Shown here: positions 10,871 to 21,297 of the stretch, piece by piece
Numbering within the stretch: the stretch's first letter is position 1
Layout: every line of letters begins with the position of its first letter
Origin: an uncultured Chloroflexia bacterium
Lineage (GTDB): Bacteria > Chloroflexota > Anaerolineae > B4-G1 > SLSP01
Assembly (NCBI GenBank): GCA_963751345.1
Contig: CAVVUS010000008.1
Coordinates: forward strand, 8,720-72,719
Direction of reading: 5' to 3'
Length of the DNA: 64,000 nt
Translations under genes and position numbers: made by a program
Notes under the pieces: model-generated
The model's database searches: none
The model's input: only the letters and a program-made list of their open reading frames with translations
Told to the model about the DNA's origin: nothing

Positions 10871-11722
10871 TCACAGCGACGGCCCAGTGGCTGCCCTCTG
10901 ATCCATATCGGAAGCAGCGGTCTGCGCTGCTCCGAGCCTCGGAAGGACGAACAGCGCCACGGCCCACTCGACGCCGACAAAGAGCGCAAAGGCGCCGACA
11001 TTGAGCGTTACCGGCAGCCACACGACGTTCACGATGTTGAACGTGACGTGAAACGCGACCGGCAGCAGCAGGCTTGCCCGGCTATGGTTGAAGAACCACG
11101 TGATGAAGACCGTCATGGGCAGCACCAGCAGGTAGTTCAGCACGAGATAACCGATGCCATACTGTGTGTAGGTGTCGAGCAACAGCCAGAACGGCAGATG
11201 CCAGGTAGCCCAGAGGATGCCCAGGATCGCGCTGGCCACGAGGGGATTGTGTCGCACCTGTAGGGCGGGGAGAGCCACACCCCGCCAACCGATTTCCTCT
11301 CCCAACGTCGCAAGCCCCAGGAAGATGACGTTGATCGCGAGCGCAACCGCATTCAGCGGCGCCGCAGGTTCGATCCGCGGCGTGCCACCCAGCAGGTTGT
11401 AGACGAGACCACTCAGGATGAGGAGACCGGGCTGGAGCAGCACGGCAGCAGCCCACCATCGCCACCCTACCCGCCAGATGCCCAGACGCCCGAGCAGATG
11501 TCGCACGCTCGCTCTTCCTCCCGAGAGCGCCGTCAGGACCAAGGCAGCGGTTGCGGGCATCAGCACGCCAAGGAGCCGGATACTGCCGCTTGCACCCTCG
11601 GAGACGCGGACCGGCCCGATGCCAAAGTGCGAGAGGTCGAGCGGGATCCATACCAGCCACGAGAGCACGTACGTGAGGATGAAAAACGTCGCGGCACGGA
11701 CGCCGGATCTAGTTTCGGCCAT
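10871..11722 (-). CDS. CPBP family intramembrane protease
   Basis: EEIGWRG, WATWHLP, FHVTFN motifs. Confidence 0.9.
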   Translation of the reverse strand: MAETRSGVRAATFFILTYVLSWLVWIPLDLSHFGIGPVRVSEGASGSIRLLGVLMPATAALVLTALSGGRASVRHLLGRLGIWRVGWRWWAAAVLLQPGLLILSGLVYNLLGGTPRIEPAAPLNAVALAINVIFLGLATLGEEIGWRGVALPALQVRHNPLVASAILGILWATWHLPFWLLLDTYTQYGIGYLVLNYLLVLPMTVFITWFFNHSRASLLLPVAFHVTFNIVNVVWLPVTLNVGAFALFVGVEWAVALFVLPRLGAAQTAASDMDQRAATGPSL

Positions 11723-11812
11723 GGGCGGTTCCTCTAGGATGCACCGACACTACGAATAGGCGGCCCAGGATGTGTCCGTGCGGGCGCATATGCCGTCTGC
11801 AGGATCGTGAGG

Positions 11813-12536
11813 TCACGACTTCGATCCGGCTGTTTCGCATGGGATAGCCTCCGATGAAGAGGGCACTGCGGATGGACCCGTAGTGCCGTTGGCACGAAGT
11901 GCACCGCGATTTCGTCCCACCCAACGCTGCACACCGGTCGCGATGAGTGGTGACGCCCACCAAACACCCAGCCCGGCCCAGGCGTTGAGCGCGCTGACGG
12001 GCATGGAGATGAGAAACAGGCAAGGCACGACGAGGGCCACGGCGGTTCGCGTTCTGATCCAGCCACTGTCGAGGTCAGCATCCACCAATCGGTGGCCTCG
12101 TGAGGCGTACCACCACATGGCGCTGATGGCGAAGCCTGTCGCCGCGACCGCGCCTCCATAGATCATCACGACCAGTGGCTGTATGCCGTACTGGCCGAGC
12201 AGGCCTGCGACAAAGGGCATCAGGGCGATGCAGAGCAGGAAGACCAGGTTGAGCGCAATCAGCGGGGCATCGCACCGCCGGATGACACTGAAATACCAGT
12301 GGTGCGACCGCCAGTAGATGCTCACGACGGCGAAGCTGATGAAGAAGCTCACCAGTCGCGGCGTGAGCTTCGCAAGCGCATTCGGGAGTTCGTCCGATGG
12401 AAACGTCGGGTATCTTGATGTCGATGACCAACAGCGTGATGGCGATGGCCATGACCGCATCGCTGAAGAAGACCAGGCGCTCCAGACTCAGCTCCTGATG
12501 CCCTTCCACCGCAGTGGGCCTCGCCTGCTGCCCCAT
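11813..12536 (-). CDS. TMEM175 (DUF1211) family potassium channel (frameshift near 12400)
   Basis: ERLVFFSDAVMAIAITLLV signature, YWRSHH, NLVFLLCIALMPF; ATG overlaps the upstream stop (TGATG). Confidence 0.85.
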
Positions 12537-13219
12537 CAGTTCCTGGAACCCAGACTGCTGATGTTGCCGCTGCCGGGCTGACTGACATTGACCTGGCCCG
12601 GGTCGCCGTAGTAGCGTATGTTGCCGCTGCCGGCAAGGGACGCGTTGATGCTGCTCGTGGCCCACACGGTGATCTCACCTGATCCCGGCAGCCGCACTGT
12701 AGCAGCCGTGGCCTGGAGGTCGCCGCACAGGATATTGCCGCTGCCGTTCATTCGGACATCCAGGCTGTCCACGGCACCCGTAACGGTGATGTTGCCCGAT
12801 CCCGGCATCCTGATGGTGAGGGATGGGCCTTGCACGCCGGCGGCGGTGATGTTACCCGAGCCATCCATCGTGATGCCGTCGAGCGTCCTCAGGGTGACCG
12901 TGTACCGGATACGATCGGTTGGCACGACGTCGGTCCCGAGCTTCGTCCGCAGCGTGAGCGTCCCACCCCGCACACTGGTGATCAGATAGGGGAGCAAGTT
13001 GTCGTCAGTTTCAATGACGACCGAGGGCTGATCGCCAATGACGACGGTGACGTCCCCCGATCCCTGCAGATTCACGCGCGCCGCGTTTCCGATGGATCGC
13101 GTCGTGCTGGAGATCTGGCCCGATCCCTCGATGCGCCCGCCCGGCAACAGCGCCGTGGGCATGCAGGCCAGCATCACGACCAGACACACCGCGCAGAGAA
13201 GCGTTCGCATGGGTTTCAT
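12536..13219 (-). CDS. DUF2807 (GIN/head-domain) putative lipoprotein
   Basis: Signal peptide with lipobox-like MLAC, ETDDNLLPY motif, repeated GSG(N/D/E)I units; AAGGAGG RBS. Confidence 0.85.
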   Translation of the reverse strand: MKPMRTLLCAVCLVVMLACMPTALLPGGRIEGSGQISSTTRSIGNAARVNLQGSGDVTVVIGDQPSVVIETDDNLLPYLITSVRGGTLTLRTKLGTDVVPTDRIRYTVTLRTLDGITMDGSGNITAAGVQGPSLTIRMPGSGNITVTGAVDSLDVRMNGSGNILCGDLQATAATVRLPGSGEITVWATSSINASLAGSGNIRYYGDPGQVNVSQPGSGNISSLGSRN

Positions 13220-13232
13220 GGGTCCTCCTTAC

Positions 13233-13643
13233 CTATGGCTTGCCGAGGATAGACTGAACCGCCGTCAGAAGCTCCTGCGTGGTGAACGGCTTGGTCAGAT
13301 AAGCATCTGCCTGTTCACAGGCCTGCAGCTCGACCTGGGGTGAGCCGAAGCCTGTGATGACGATGACGTGGGGTGGGTCGAGCTCCTCGCGCAAGAGCGT
13401 GAGCAGGGCCAGGCCGCTGATGCCGGGAAGCTGGACGTCGGTGATCACCAACGCAAACCGGCTGCCGGCGTGTAGCCGCAGGGCTTCCTCGCCTGACCGG
13501 CAGCTATCGACGTCATAACCGCAGAGCGACAGAGGCCAGACGAGGCCCTGGACCACGTGCTCGTCATCGTCGACAACCAGCACCCGAGGGGGTCGCTGCG
13601 TTCGCCCGACTCCCGTGTGCTCCATCGGCCTGGATACTCGCAT
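13233..13643 (-). CDS. Single-domain response regulator (receiver)
   Basis: VLVVDDD, ITDVQLPGISG, ITGFG, YLTKPF; start uncertain (13643 or 13625). Confidence 0.85.
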   Translation of the reverse strand: MRVSRPMEHTGVGRTQRPPRVLVVDDDEHVVQGLVWPLSLCGYDVDSCRSGEEALRLHAGSRFALVITDVQLPGISGLALLTLLREELDPPHVIVITGFGSPQVELQACEQADAYLTKPFTTQELLTAVQSILGKP

Positions 13644-13688
13644 CTCGCATCGCCAAGCTTCCTCCCATCGTGGAGCCGTACCATGCTC

Positions 13689-13733
13689 ACTATAGAGCAG
13701 GAAGCGCCGGCGAAGATCGCAGCTATATCGCAG
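13689..13733 (-). promoter_or_regulatory. Putative -10 (TATAGT) with 7-bp direct repeat at 11-bp pitch over the -35 region
   Basis: actata at 13689-13694; atcgcag at 13716-13722 and 13727-13733 (plus-strand reading). Confidence 0.4.
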
Positions 13734-13930
13734 GACAATTCGGGGCGGTGACCGGCGAACGGACGGGGCTTCGTGCAAGATCAAGAGACATCTCCGGGAG
13801 AGCTAGTCTCTTCCTGAGCATCTCTTCTGACCCTGCATTGGTGGGGCACGGAGACCCGGTTCTCCGCGTGTAGGTGCGGCTCGCCTCCGGGCCTGGGAGG
13901 CTCTGCCGGAGGTCGTGCCCCAGCGCCGTC

Positions 13931-14726
13931 CTACAAAGCGAGGTAGTAGCCACCGCCGCGGACGGTGCGGATCAGGGTGGGGGCGTCGGGGTCGAGCTCG
14001 ATCTTCCGGCGGAGGCGGTAAATGCAGGAGCGCACGGCGCTGACGGCAGCGGCTTCCTCGAGGTCGTAGTCCCAGGCTGACCGTGCAAGTGCGCGGCACG
14101 CCAGCACTTCTCCCCCGCGCTCGATCAGGGCGCGCAGCAGAGCCGTCTCGCCGTCGGTCAGCTCCGCGCTGCGCGGCTCCGGGCCGGCCACCGTCACGGT
14201 CCGCCGTTCGGAGTCGAGCGTCAGGCGCCCATAGCGGAGGGGAACACGGGCGTCGGTGGATCGTGCCGGCGCGGCGGGCGGCCCCGGGCGGGGCGCCCCG
14301 CAGCTCGTCGAAGGCGGCGCCGATTGCCGTCAAGGCACGCTGCCGGCGCTCCTCGGCGGCGTGCGCCTCGATGGCACGATCGACGACCGCACGCACGTCG
14401 TGGACGCTGGCCGGCTTGAGGAGATAGTCAACGGCCCCTGACTTGACGGCGGCGATGGCGCTCTCCAACGTGGCGTGTCCCGTCAGGATGACGATCGGGA
14501 GGTCCGGGTGCGACGCCCGTACGTGCCGCATCGTGGTCACGCCGTCCATCTCTGGCATCAGCATATCCAGGATGACCAGGTCGTACGGTCCGGCGGCGAG
14601 GCGCTCGAGCGCCTCGCGTCCTGAAGCCGCGCCATCGACGGCATAGCCGCTGAGCTGGAGGCTCAGCACCAGACCGTTGCGAACGTGTGCTTCGTCGTCG
14701 ACGACCAAGATCCGCGGGGCCTGCAT
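13931..14726 (-). CDS. OmpR/PhoB-type response regulator (frameshift near 14255)
   Basis: Receiver ILVVDDE...ILDMLMPEMDG...YLLKP; winged-helix C-terminus LT..E..LL...IYRLRRKIELDP..P.LIRTVRGGGY. Confidence 0.9.
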
Positions 14727-14733
14727 CGTCACG

Positions 14734-16353
14734 TCACGACCGATCCTTCGCCGCATCGAGGGCCGGGAGGCTGATCGTAAAGACCGCGCCCGGACCGCCG
14801 GTGCGATTCGCCGCCGTCAGCGTGCCGCCCTGCTGATCGACCAGACTCCGGCTGACCGCCAGCCCCAGCCCCGTCCCCTGGGGCTTGGTCGTAAAGAAGG
14901 GCTCGAAGAGCCGGCCGAGGATCTCGGTCGGGATCCCCGGCCCGCTGTCGGTGACGGTGATCTGCACGCGCTCGCCGGCCTGCTCGCCGGCGAGCTGCAC
15001 GCTGCCGCCCGGCCCGGCGGCCTCAATGGCGTTGAGCAGGAGGTTCAGGATGACCTGCATCACCTGGTCCGGCGCCACCGCGATCTCGAGGCCGGGAGGC
15101 ACGTTCACGCCGACCGTGACGCCGGCGCGCTGTAGTTGCTTGCGCACGAGGTCCAGCGTCTGTTCCACCAACTCGGCCACAGAAACCCGCCGGCGGGGCA
15201 CGGCGTTGGGCCGTGCGTAGTCGAGCACGCGCCGGACAATCCCCTTTAGCCGCCCCACCTCGTGGCGCACCACGCCGAGGAACTCCGTCTGTCGCTCCGG
15301 CGGGAGCGCGAAGTCCATCACCAATTCCAGGTGGCTCTGAATGGCCTGGAGCGGGTTGTTGATCTCGTGGGCGAGCGCGGCGGCCAGGCTCCCCAGGGCT
15401 GCGATCTTCTCGACCTCCGCCATACGCCGGCGTGTCTCCTGCATCCGCTGGTAGTGCGCCTGCTCAGCCTGGCGCAGGCGGGCGTTCTCCAGGGCAAGCG
15501 TCGCGTGGGCGGCGAAGAGCTCGGCGAGCCATACATCGTGTTCGGTGAACGGATTGTTGGTCACCCCGGCGATGCTCAGCACGCCCAGGATCTCGTCCTG
15601 GCGCTTGAGGGGCACACCGAGCATCGGGCGCAACGCCGCGGTCTCCGCAAATCGTGCCAGACGCCCCGGCCATTCGCTGTAGTTGTCGACGACGAGCGTC
15701 CGGCGCTCCCGGTAGACATGCCCGCCGACACCCTCGTCCAGTGCCACGTGTTGGCCCCGCAGGTGATCGAGGCCTTCCGTCGCCACCCGGATGACGAAGT
15801 CGTTGGTCGCCTCCTCGTAGAGAAAGACCACGCCCATCTCGGCATTCAGCAGCGTGCGCGCCTGATCGACGATCACGAAGAGCAGCGTCTCCAGATCCAT
15901 CGCCGTGTTGAGACGCAGCGAGATATCGTGCAGCGCCTCCAGCGCGACGGACCGCTGCCGCAGCGCGGTCTCAGCCTGAACTCGGGGCGTGATGTCGCGA
16001 TTGCTGACACGCCGTCCCAGCGCCGTGCCGCGCGCGTCCAAGATTGAGCGACAGACGTGGCTCATCCAGCGCACCTCACCCCCCCGGGTGACGATGCGGA
16101 AATCCATCCGACCCGGGCCCCTGCCGTTCCTCTCGGTGACGCAGTGGGCTGCGAACGCGGGCCGGTCATCGGGGTGGACGATCGCCCGAACAAGCGCCGG
16201 ATCGTCCTGAAATGCTGACGGTGGAAAGCCGGTGATCTCCTCGCACGATGGGGAGACATCCCGGAGCGTCCCATCAGGCGCGATCCAATACTCCCAGTCA
16301 AAGCTGGGAGTGGTTGCGTGCCGCAGACCCGAATCATCGAGCGCGTCGACCAT
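14734..16353 (-). CDS. Cytoplasmic PAS-GAF sensor histidine kinase
   Basis: PAS (VSPSCEEITG, VHPDDR, GEVRW), GAF (GVPL..QDEILGVL), H-box LAHEINNPL, N-box NLLLNA, DSGPG, GTGLGL; no TM helix. Confidence 0.92.
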   Translation of the reverse strand: MVDALDDSGLRHATTPSFDWEYWIAPDGTLRDVSPSCEEITGFPPSAFQDDPALVRAIVHPDDRPAFAAHCVTERNGRGPGRMDFRIVTRGGEVRWMSHVCRSILDARGTALGRRVSNRDITPRVQAETALRQRSVALEALHDISLRLNTAMDLETLLFVIVDQARTLLNAEMGVVFLYEEATNDFVIRVATEGLDHLRGQHVALDEGVGGHVYRERRTLVVDNYSEWPGRLARFAETAALRPMLGVPLKRQDEILGVLSIAGVTNNPFTEHDVWLAELFAAHATLALENARLRQAEQAHYQRMQETRRRMAEVEKIAALGSLAAALAHEINNPLQAIQSHLELVMDFALPPERQTEFLGVVRHEVGRLKGIVRRVLDYARPNAVPRRRVSVAELVEQTLDLVRKQLQRAGVTVGVNVPPGLEIAVAPDQVMQVILNLLLNAIEAAGPGGSVQLAGEQAGERVQITVTDSGPGIPTEILGRLFEPFFTTKPQGTGLGLAVSRSLVDQQGGTLTAANRTGGPGAVFTISLPALDAAKDRS

Positions 16354-16633
16354 AGTGGTAGCCCCCGGATTCTCAGCGCCGTGGCATCCCAGGCGCGCGC
16401 ATAGTGCGGCGGCTGCGGATCCGGCTCAAAGGATGTGTTAGGGGAAGAGGATCCTTTCGGAATGTGCTGCGCACATATTATCCAGAATCCCGTGTCCGTC
16501 AATGGATTCATAGCGAGGGGTGATGCAGCAAGGTGGGCCTTCCGTGCAGGTGCGCTGCCGCTCGGGTGCGTCGCAACGTCGTTATGCAAGGCGTAGCAAC
16601 GTGACTATACTTTCGGCATGAGGCGATAACCCT

Positions 16634-17737
16634 ATGACAAGTTCCTTGCCATCTCAACGATCCCTCGACCGCTACAATACCTACATGGGCCATGGCCCTC
16701 GTAAGGTCGTGCACTGGGAGCATTGGTCGAATCCCGACGCCGCCACGGCGATCACGGGCATCGACTTCTACGCCCATCCGCGTACGTGCATGCGGCGGCT
16801 CAACGCGATGTATCCGGCGCTGGGCCTGCCCGAGCCCGCCTCCGACGAACCACTGCCGCGTATCGCCGAGCAGGTGGGGCGTGACCGTTGGGGCCACGAG
16901 CTTCGCGAGGCCTGGCAGCAGGACCGCGCCCGCGAGCGTTTCCCATCGCGCGAGGCGATGCTGGCGTTCAGCCCGCTGGCGCAGGGCGACTTCACCGGTT
17001 GGGACGTGGTGGTGGACAGCGACGGCGGCGATTTCCGCAGTGTCGAGGTCATCTACGAGCGCTACCGGCAGCATTTCCCGACGTCGTGGGGCGACCGGGC
17101 GCCGGTGGGCAGCGACGCCAACGTCGGCTTCTACAACACGCTCTTCATGTGGCCGCTACTCGTCTTCGGCTACCAGAACTTCCTGGAGGCCTGCCTGGAG
17201 CCCGAGTTCGACCGCATCATGGACGAGTTCGCCGAGATCAACCGCCGCGTCTTCACGGCCTTCGCGCGGCTCCCGGTCAACTTCGTCATCTGCCACGACG
17301 ACATCGTCACCACGAAGGGCCCGATCTGTTCGCCGCGGTGGATGCGAACCCACATTTTCCCGAGGTACGAGGAGTTCTGGTCGATTCTGCGGGCTGCAGG
17401 CAAGCAGGTCATCTTCATGGTCGACGGCTGTGTCGACGCTTTCGTCGACGACGTGATGGCCTGCGGGGCGCGGGGCATCATCAGCGAGCCGTTTACCGAT
17501 TACAAGGCGATTGCACGACGCTATGACAATCCCTTCCTGGCGGGCGAGGGCGACTGCCGTGTCCTCATGCGCAACAACCCGGACGAGATCTCGGCGATGG
17601 TCGACCGGATGGTCGAGACGGCGCAGATGTCGGGCGGGTATATGATGTGTATCGGCAACCACATCCCGTTCAACGTGCCGCCCGAAGCGATCAAGTTGTA
17701 CTTGGATTTGGCGCACGAGCGCGCCCGGCGGCTGTAG
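16634..17737 (+). CDS. Uroporphyrinogen decarboxylase (URO-D)/MtaA-like TIM-barrel protein
   Basis: CHDDI..KGP.CSP...IFP, IFMVDG, GGYMMCIGNHIP.NVPPE. Confidence 0.8.
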   Translation: MTSSLPSQRSLDRYNTYMGHGPRKVVHWEHWSNPDAATAITGIDFYAHPRTCMRRLNAMYPALGLPEPASDEPLPRIAEQVGRDRWGHELREAWQQDRARERFPSREAMLAFSPLAQGDFTGWDVVVDSDGGDFRSVEVIYERYRQHFPTSWGDRAPVGSDANVGFYNTLFMWPLLVFGYQNFLEACLEPEFDRIMDEFAEINRRVFTAFARLPVNFVICHDDIVTTKGPICSPRWMRTHIFPRYEEFWSILRAAGKQVIFMVDGCVDAFVDDVMACGARGIISEPFTDYKAIARRYDNPFLAGEGDCRVLMRNNPDEISAMVDRMVETAQMSGGYMMCIGNHIPFNVPPEAIKLYLDLAHERARRL

Positions 17738-17908
17738 AGACGGGGCGGCGCCCCGTCTTCCGGGGGTGATGCGACACGCGGAAGACGACCCCCGGGTCGT
17801 CTCTACGACGGGGGAGATACGGCGGCGCCCCGTCTTCCGGGGGTGACGCGACACGCAGAAGACGACCCACCGGGTCGTCTCTACGACGGGGAAGTACGGC
17901 GGCGGCCC
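17734..17908. repeat. GTAG-type REP-like palindrome array, two-plus tandem units of ~77 bp
   Basis: GTAG-AGACGGGGCGGCGCCCCGTCT facing AGACGACCC(A/-)CCGGGTCGTCT-CTAC; ggcggcg unit starts at 17744, 17821 and 17898. Confidence 0.85.
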
Positions 17909-17952
17909 GCCTTGCGAAAGGGTACACTAAGCCAAGCTGAAAGGAGTGATCC

Positions 17953-19017
17953 ATGACTGCCTATCGCTATCCCGGCAACCCGATCATCACGCCCGAGGAC
18001 GTCCCGCCCTCGCGCCCTGACTTTCGCGTGCGCTGTGCCTTCAACGCCGGGGTCACCCGGCACGGGGGCGACGTGCTCTTGCTGCTGCGCGTGGCAGAGC
18101 AGGCGGCCTCGGACGATCCGGACATCGTGCGGGTGCCCTACATCGACGAAAACACGAACGCGCTCGTCATCCGCGACTTCCGGCGCGACGACCCCGACGC
18201 CGACTTCTCCGATTCGCGTTTTGTGCGGACGCCGGATCGGATCTACCTCTCGTCGATCTCACACCTGCGTGTGGCGACCAGCCACGATGGCCTGCACTTC
18301 GCGGTCGAGGAGACGCCGGCCCTTTTTCCGAGCAACGTCTACGAGATGTATGGTGTGGAGGATCCCCGAATCACGACGATCGGCGATACCTACTACGTCA
18401 ACTACAGCGCCATCTCCCCCCTGACGGGAGTGACGACGTGCCTGGCCACCACCCAGGATTTCAAGGGCTTCCGGCGCCACGGGGTGATCTTCACGCCTGA
18501 CAACAAGGACGTGGCGATCTTTCCCGAGCGTATCGGGGGCAAGTACTACGCGCTACACCGTCCCGCCGCGGCCGAGTACGACCTCAAAGACGTTTGGCTG
18601 GCTGAGTCGCCCGACCTCGTATGCTGGGGAAACCACCGCTCCCTGATGCAGACGCGCAGGGGCATGTGGGATGATGGGCGGATCGGGTGCAGCGCCGTGC
18701 CCTTCCTGATCGACGAGGGATGGCTGGAGATCTACCACGGCGCCAGCAAGGATGATCGGTACTGTCTCGGCGCCGCGCTGCTCGACCGTGACGAGCCGTG
18801 GAAAGTCCTGGCTCGCACGACGCAGCCCATCCTCCAGCCGGAGGCCGACTACGAGCTTCACGGCTTCTTCGGCAACGTCGTCTTCAACTGCGGCGTCCTC
18901 TGTGAGGAGGGCGTGCTGCGGCCCGGACGGATGGTCAAGATCTACTACGGTGCCGCCGATACCGTCATGGCTTATGCCGAGGTCCCGCTGGCGGATATCC
19001 TGAATGACCTCAGATAG
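17953..19017 (+). CDS. Glycoside hydrolase family 130 (mannoside phosphorylase-like)
   Basis: NPII, FNAG, LLLRV, GVEDPRIT, DNKD, ALHRP, EIYHG, GNVVF, IYYGAAD; AAGGAG RBS. Confidence 0.9.
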   Translation: MTAYRYPGNPIITPEDVPPSRPDFRVRCAFNAGVTRHGGDVLLLLRVAEQAASDDPDIVRVPYIDENTNALVIRDFRRDDPDADFSDSRFVRTPDRIYLSSISHLRVATSHDGLHFAVEETPALFPSNVYEMYGVEDPRITTIGDTYYVNYSAISPLTGVTTCLATTQDFKGFRRHGVIFTPDNKDVAIFPERIGGKYYALHRPAAAEYDLKDVWLAESPDLVCWGNHRSLMQTRRGMWDDGRIGCSAVPFLIDEGWLEIYHGASKDDRYCLGAALLDRDEPWKVLARTTQPILQPEADYELHGFFGNVVFNCGVLCEEGVLRPGRMVKIYYGAADTVMAYAEVPLADILNDLR

Positions 19018-19052
19018 GGTGGGGCGTGGGAAAAGGACAGGAGGTGGCACGG

Positions 19053-20479
19053 ATGGCAGGCAATCAGTACGGAACGGACGACGCTGGTCACCTATCCCGC
19101 GCCCGAGGGTACCCCGGCCTCGCGCGGACTTCAGGGTGCGCGTCAACGGCGAGCCCGTCTTCGTGCACACCGCGCGCGTCTCGGCGGTGCCGGCCAACCA
19201 GGTCTGGCCCGGCTACCAGCGCCCGCTGGACCAGACGGAGTTGGCGTCCTTCGCCTATTTCGACTTCGAGGGCACGGTCACCGTCGAGGTGACCGCCACC
19301 GCGGCGATCGACGACGTCGTGATCCGCCCGCTCTCCTACGGCCTCACGGCGCAGAGCGACGATCACACCCTCACCTTCGATCTGACCCGGCCCTGCCAGG
19401 TCGTCATCGAGGTGAACGGCCGGCATCACGCGCTCCACCTCTTCGCCAACCCGCCGGAGATCGGCATGCCCGATCCCGAGGATCCGAAGGTGCACTACTT
19501 CGGGCCGGGCGAGCATTTCCCCGGGAAGATCGTGCTGGGCGACAGCGAGACGGTCTACATCGACGGCGGCGCCATCGTCCACGGGGTGATCGTCGCGCAG
19601 GATGCGATCGACATCCGCATCCTGGGGCGGGGGATCCTCGACGCGAGCACCTTCGCGCGCGACGAGATGCCGCAGATGATCTCGCTGCTGGGCTGTCACC
19701 GCGTGCAGATCGAGGGCATCATCCTGCGCGATCCGCACGTCTGGACCGTCGTCCCGGCGCTCTGCAGCGGGGTGCACATCAGCAACATCAAGCTGATCGG
19801 GCTCTGGCGGTACAACTCGGACGGCATTGACCTGGTCAACAGCGAGAACGTGGTGATCGAGGACTGCTTCGTCCGCGCCTTTGACGACGCCATCGTCCTC
19901 AAGGGCTTCGAGACGTGGGGTGGGCGGCCCACGGAGGGCGCGCCACTGCAACACATCACCGTGCGCCGCTGCGTGCTCTGGAACGACTGGGGGCGCGCGC
20001 TGGAGTTGGGCGCCGAGACCCGGACCGAGGCGATCCGCGACGTCCTCTTCCAGGACTGTGACGTGATCCACTGGGTGCACCGGGCGATGGACATCCAGAA
20101 CGGCGACCGTGCCGACGTCTACGACGTGCGGTTCGAGGACATCCGCGTGGAGGAGGCGATCGTCGAGGGAGAGTTCCGCGACGACATCGAGGGCTACGTC
20201 TCCGATCCTGACCAGGTGGGGCTGCTCATCGAGCTGATCATCGCGCCCAACGACTATAGCAAGGACGCGGCCCGGGGTCGCATCCACGACATCACGTTCA
20301 GGAACGTCACCGCCGTGGGCGAGCGCTTCCCCCACTCGCATTTCATCGGTTACGACGCCGACCACGCCGTCGAGCGGATCGCGTTCGAGGGCCTGACGAT
20401 CCAGGGCGAGGCGATCTCCAACGCGGAGGAAGGGCGCATCGCGATGAACGATCACGTCAAGGATGTGACATTCGAGTAG
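19053..20479 (+). CDS. GH28-like right-handed beta-helix glycosidase (frameshifts in N-terminus)
   Basis: YFGPGEH, VYIDGGA, ILGRGILD, NSDGID, DDAIVLK; GGAGG RBS before ATG 19053. Confidence 0.8.
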
Positions 20480-20483
20480 CGGG

Positions 20484-21254
20484 ATGCACTTCCTGAATTG
20501 CATGACCTGCAACGCGCGCGTTCCGAGAAGCCTGCGCACGGGCGCCCTTTGTCTGCTGGTCGAGAGCGAGCAAGGTCTCGTGCTGGTGGACACCGGGCTG
20601 GGTCAGGACGACTACGTCCACCGGACGGCGATCCTGCGGGCGTTCCGCGTGGCCACGATCGTGCCGCTCGATCCCGACGAGGCTGCGGTTCGCCAGATCA
20701 CGCGGCTCGGCTACAGGTCTGAGGACGTCCGCCACATCGTCCTGACCCATATGCACTTCGATCACTGCGGTGGCCTGCCTGACTTCCCGCACGCCACCGT
20801 GCACGTGCACCGGCGCGAACTCGAGGCCTTTCTCGGGCGTCCGCGCACGTGGCTCGAACTCGCCTACGTGCGGCGCAAGCTCGCACACCGGCCCGAGGTC
20901 GTGACCTACGCGGCGCGCGGCGATCGGTGGTACGACTTCGACGCGATCCGCTTGCCTTTCGACCCCGAGATGTGGCTCGTGCCCCTCTTCGGCCACACGC
21001 GAGGTCACTGTGGCGTCGCCATCCGGACGGCGGAGGGGTGGCACTTCCACGCAGGGGACGCGGCCCCGCCGGGTCTCGATACGGGTGTGCCGGCCTGGGC
21101 GACCCGCCTCGTCCTTGGCCCGCACGTGGAGCGTCTTTGGGCCTTCGCCGCCGCTCACCCCGAGGTCACGCTCACCGCAGGGCATATGCGGCTGTCATTC
21201 TTCCGGGAGGGCGAGGCGGATTCGATGTATAATGATGGTGAGGTGCGGAAATGA
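20484..21254 (+). CDS. MBL-fold metallo-hydrolase (AHL-lactonase-like subgroup)
   Basis: LVDTG, THMHFDHCGG, GHTRGH, HAGDA, AGH. Confidence 0.85.
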   Translation: MHFLNCMTCNARVPRSLRTGALCLLVESEQGLVLVDTGLGQDDYVHRTAILRAFRVATIVPLDPDEAAVRQITRLGYRSEDVRHIVLTHMHFDHCGGLPDFPHATVHVHRRELEAFLGRPRTWLELAYVRRKLAHRPEVVTYAARGDRWYDFDAIRLPFDPEMWLVPLFGHTRGHCGVAIRTAEGWHFHAGDAAPPGLDTGVPAWATRLVLGPHVERLWAFAAAHPEVTLTAGHMRLSFFREGEADSMYNDGEVRK

Positions 21255-21297
21255 GGCCGAGGCACTTGCGCTAGTGCTGTTTCACCGGGAGGTCCTG

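Noticed and set aside
16573-16611. GCAAC/GCAAG repeats before the TATACT of the URO-D-like gene
   Set aside because: Irregular spacing (13 and 10 bp); too weak to call an operator
17734-17908. Possible CRISPR array
   Set aside because: The whole 77-bp unit repeats including the would-be spacer, there are only about 2 units, and no cas genes are present; it fits REP/BIME structure
19088-20593. Long antisense ORFs (also 46575..47786, 56593..57813, 57852..59030 and many others)
   Set aside because: Shadow ORFs opposite well-supported genes, expected in high-GC DNA; no motifs
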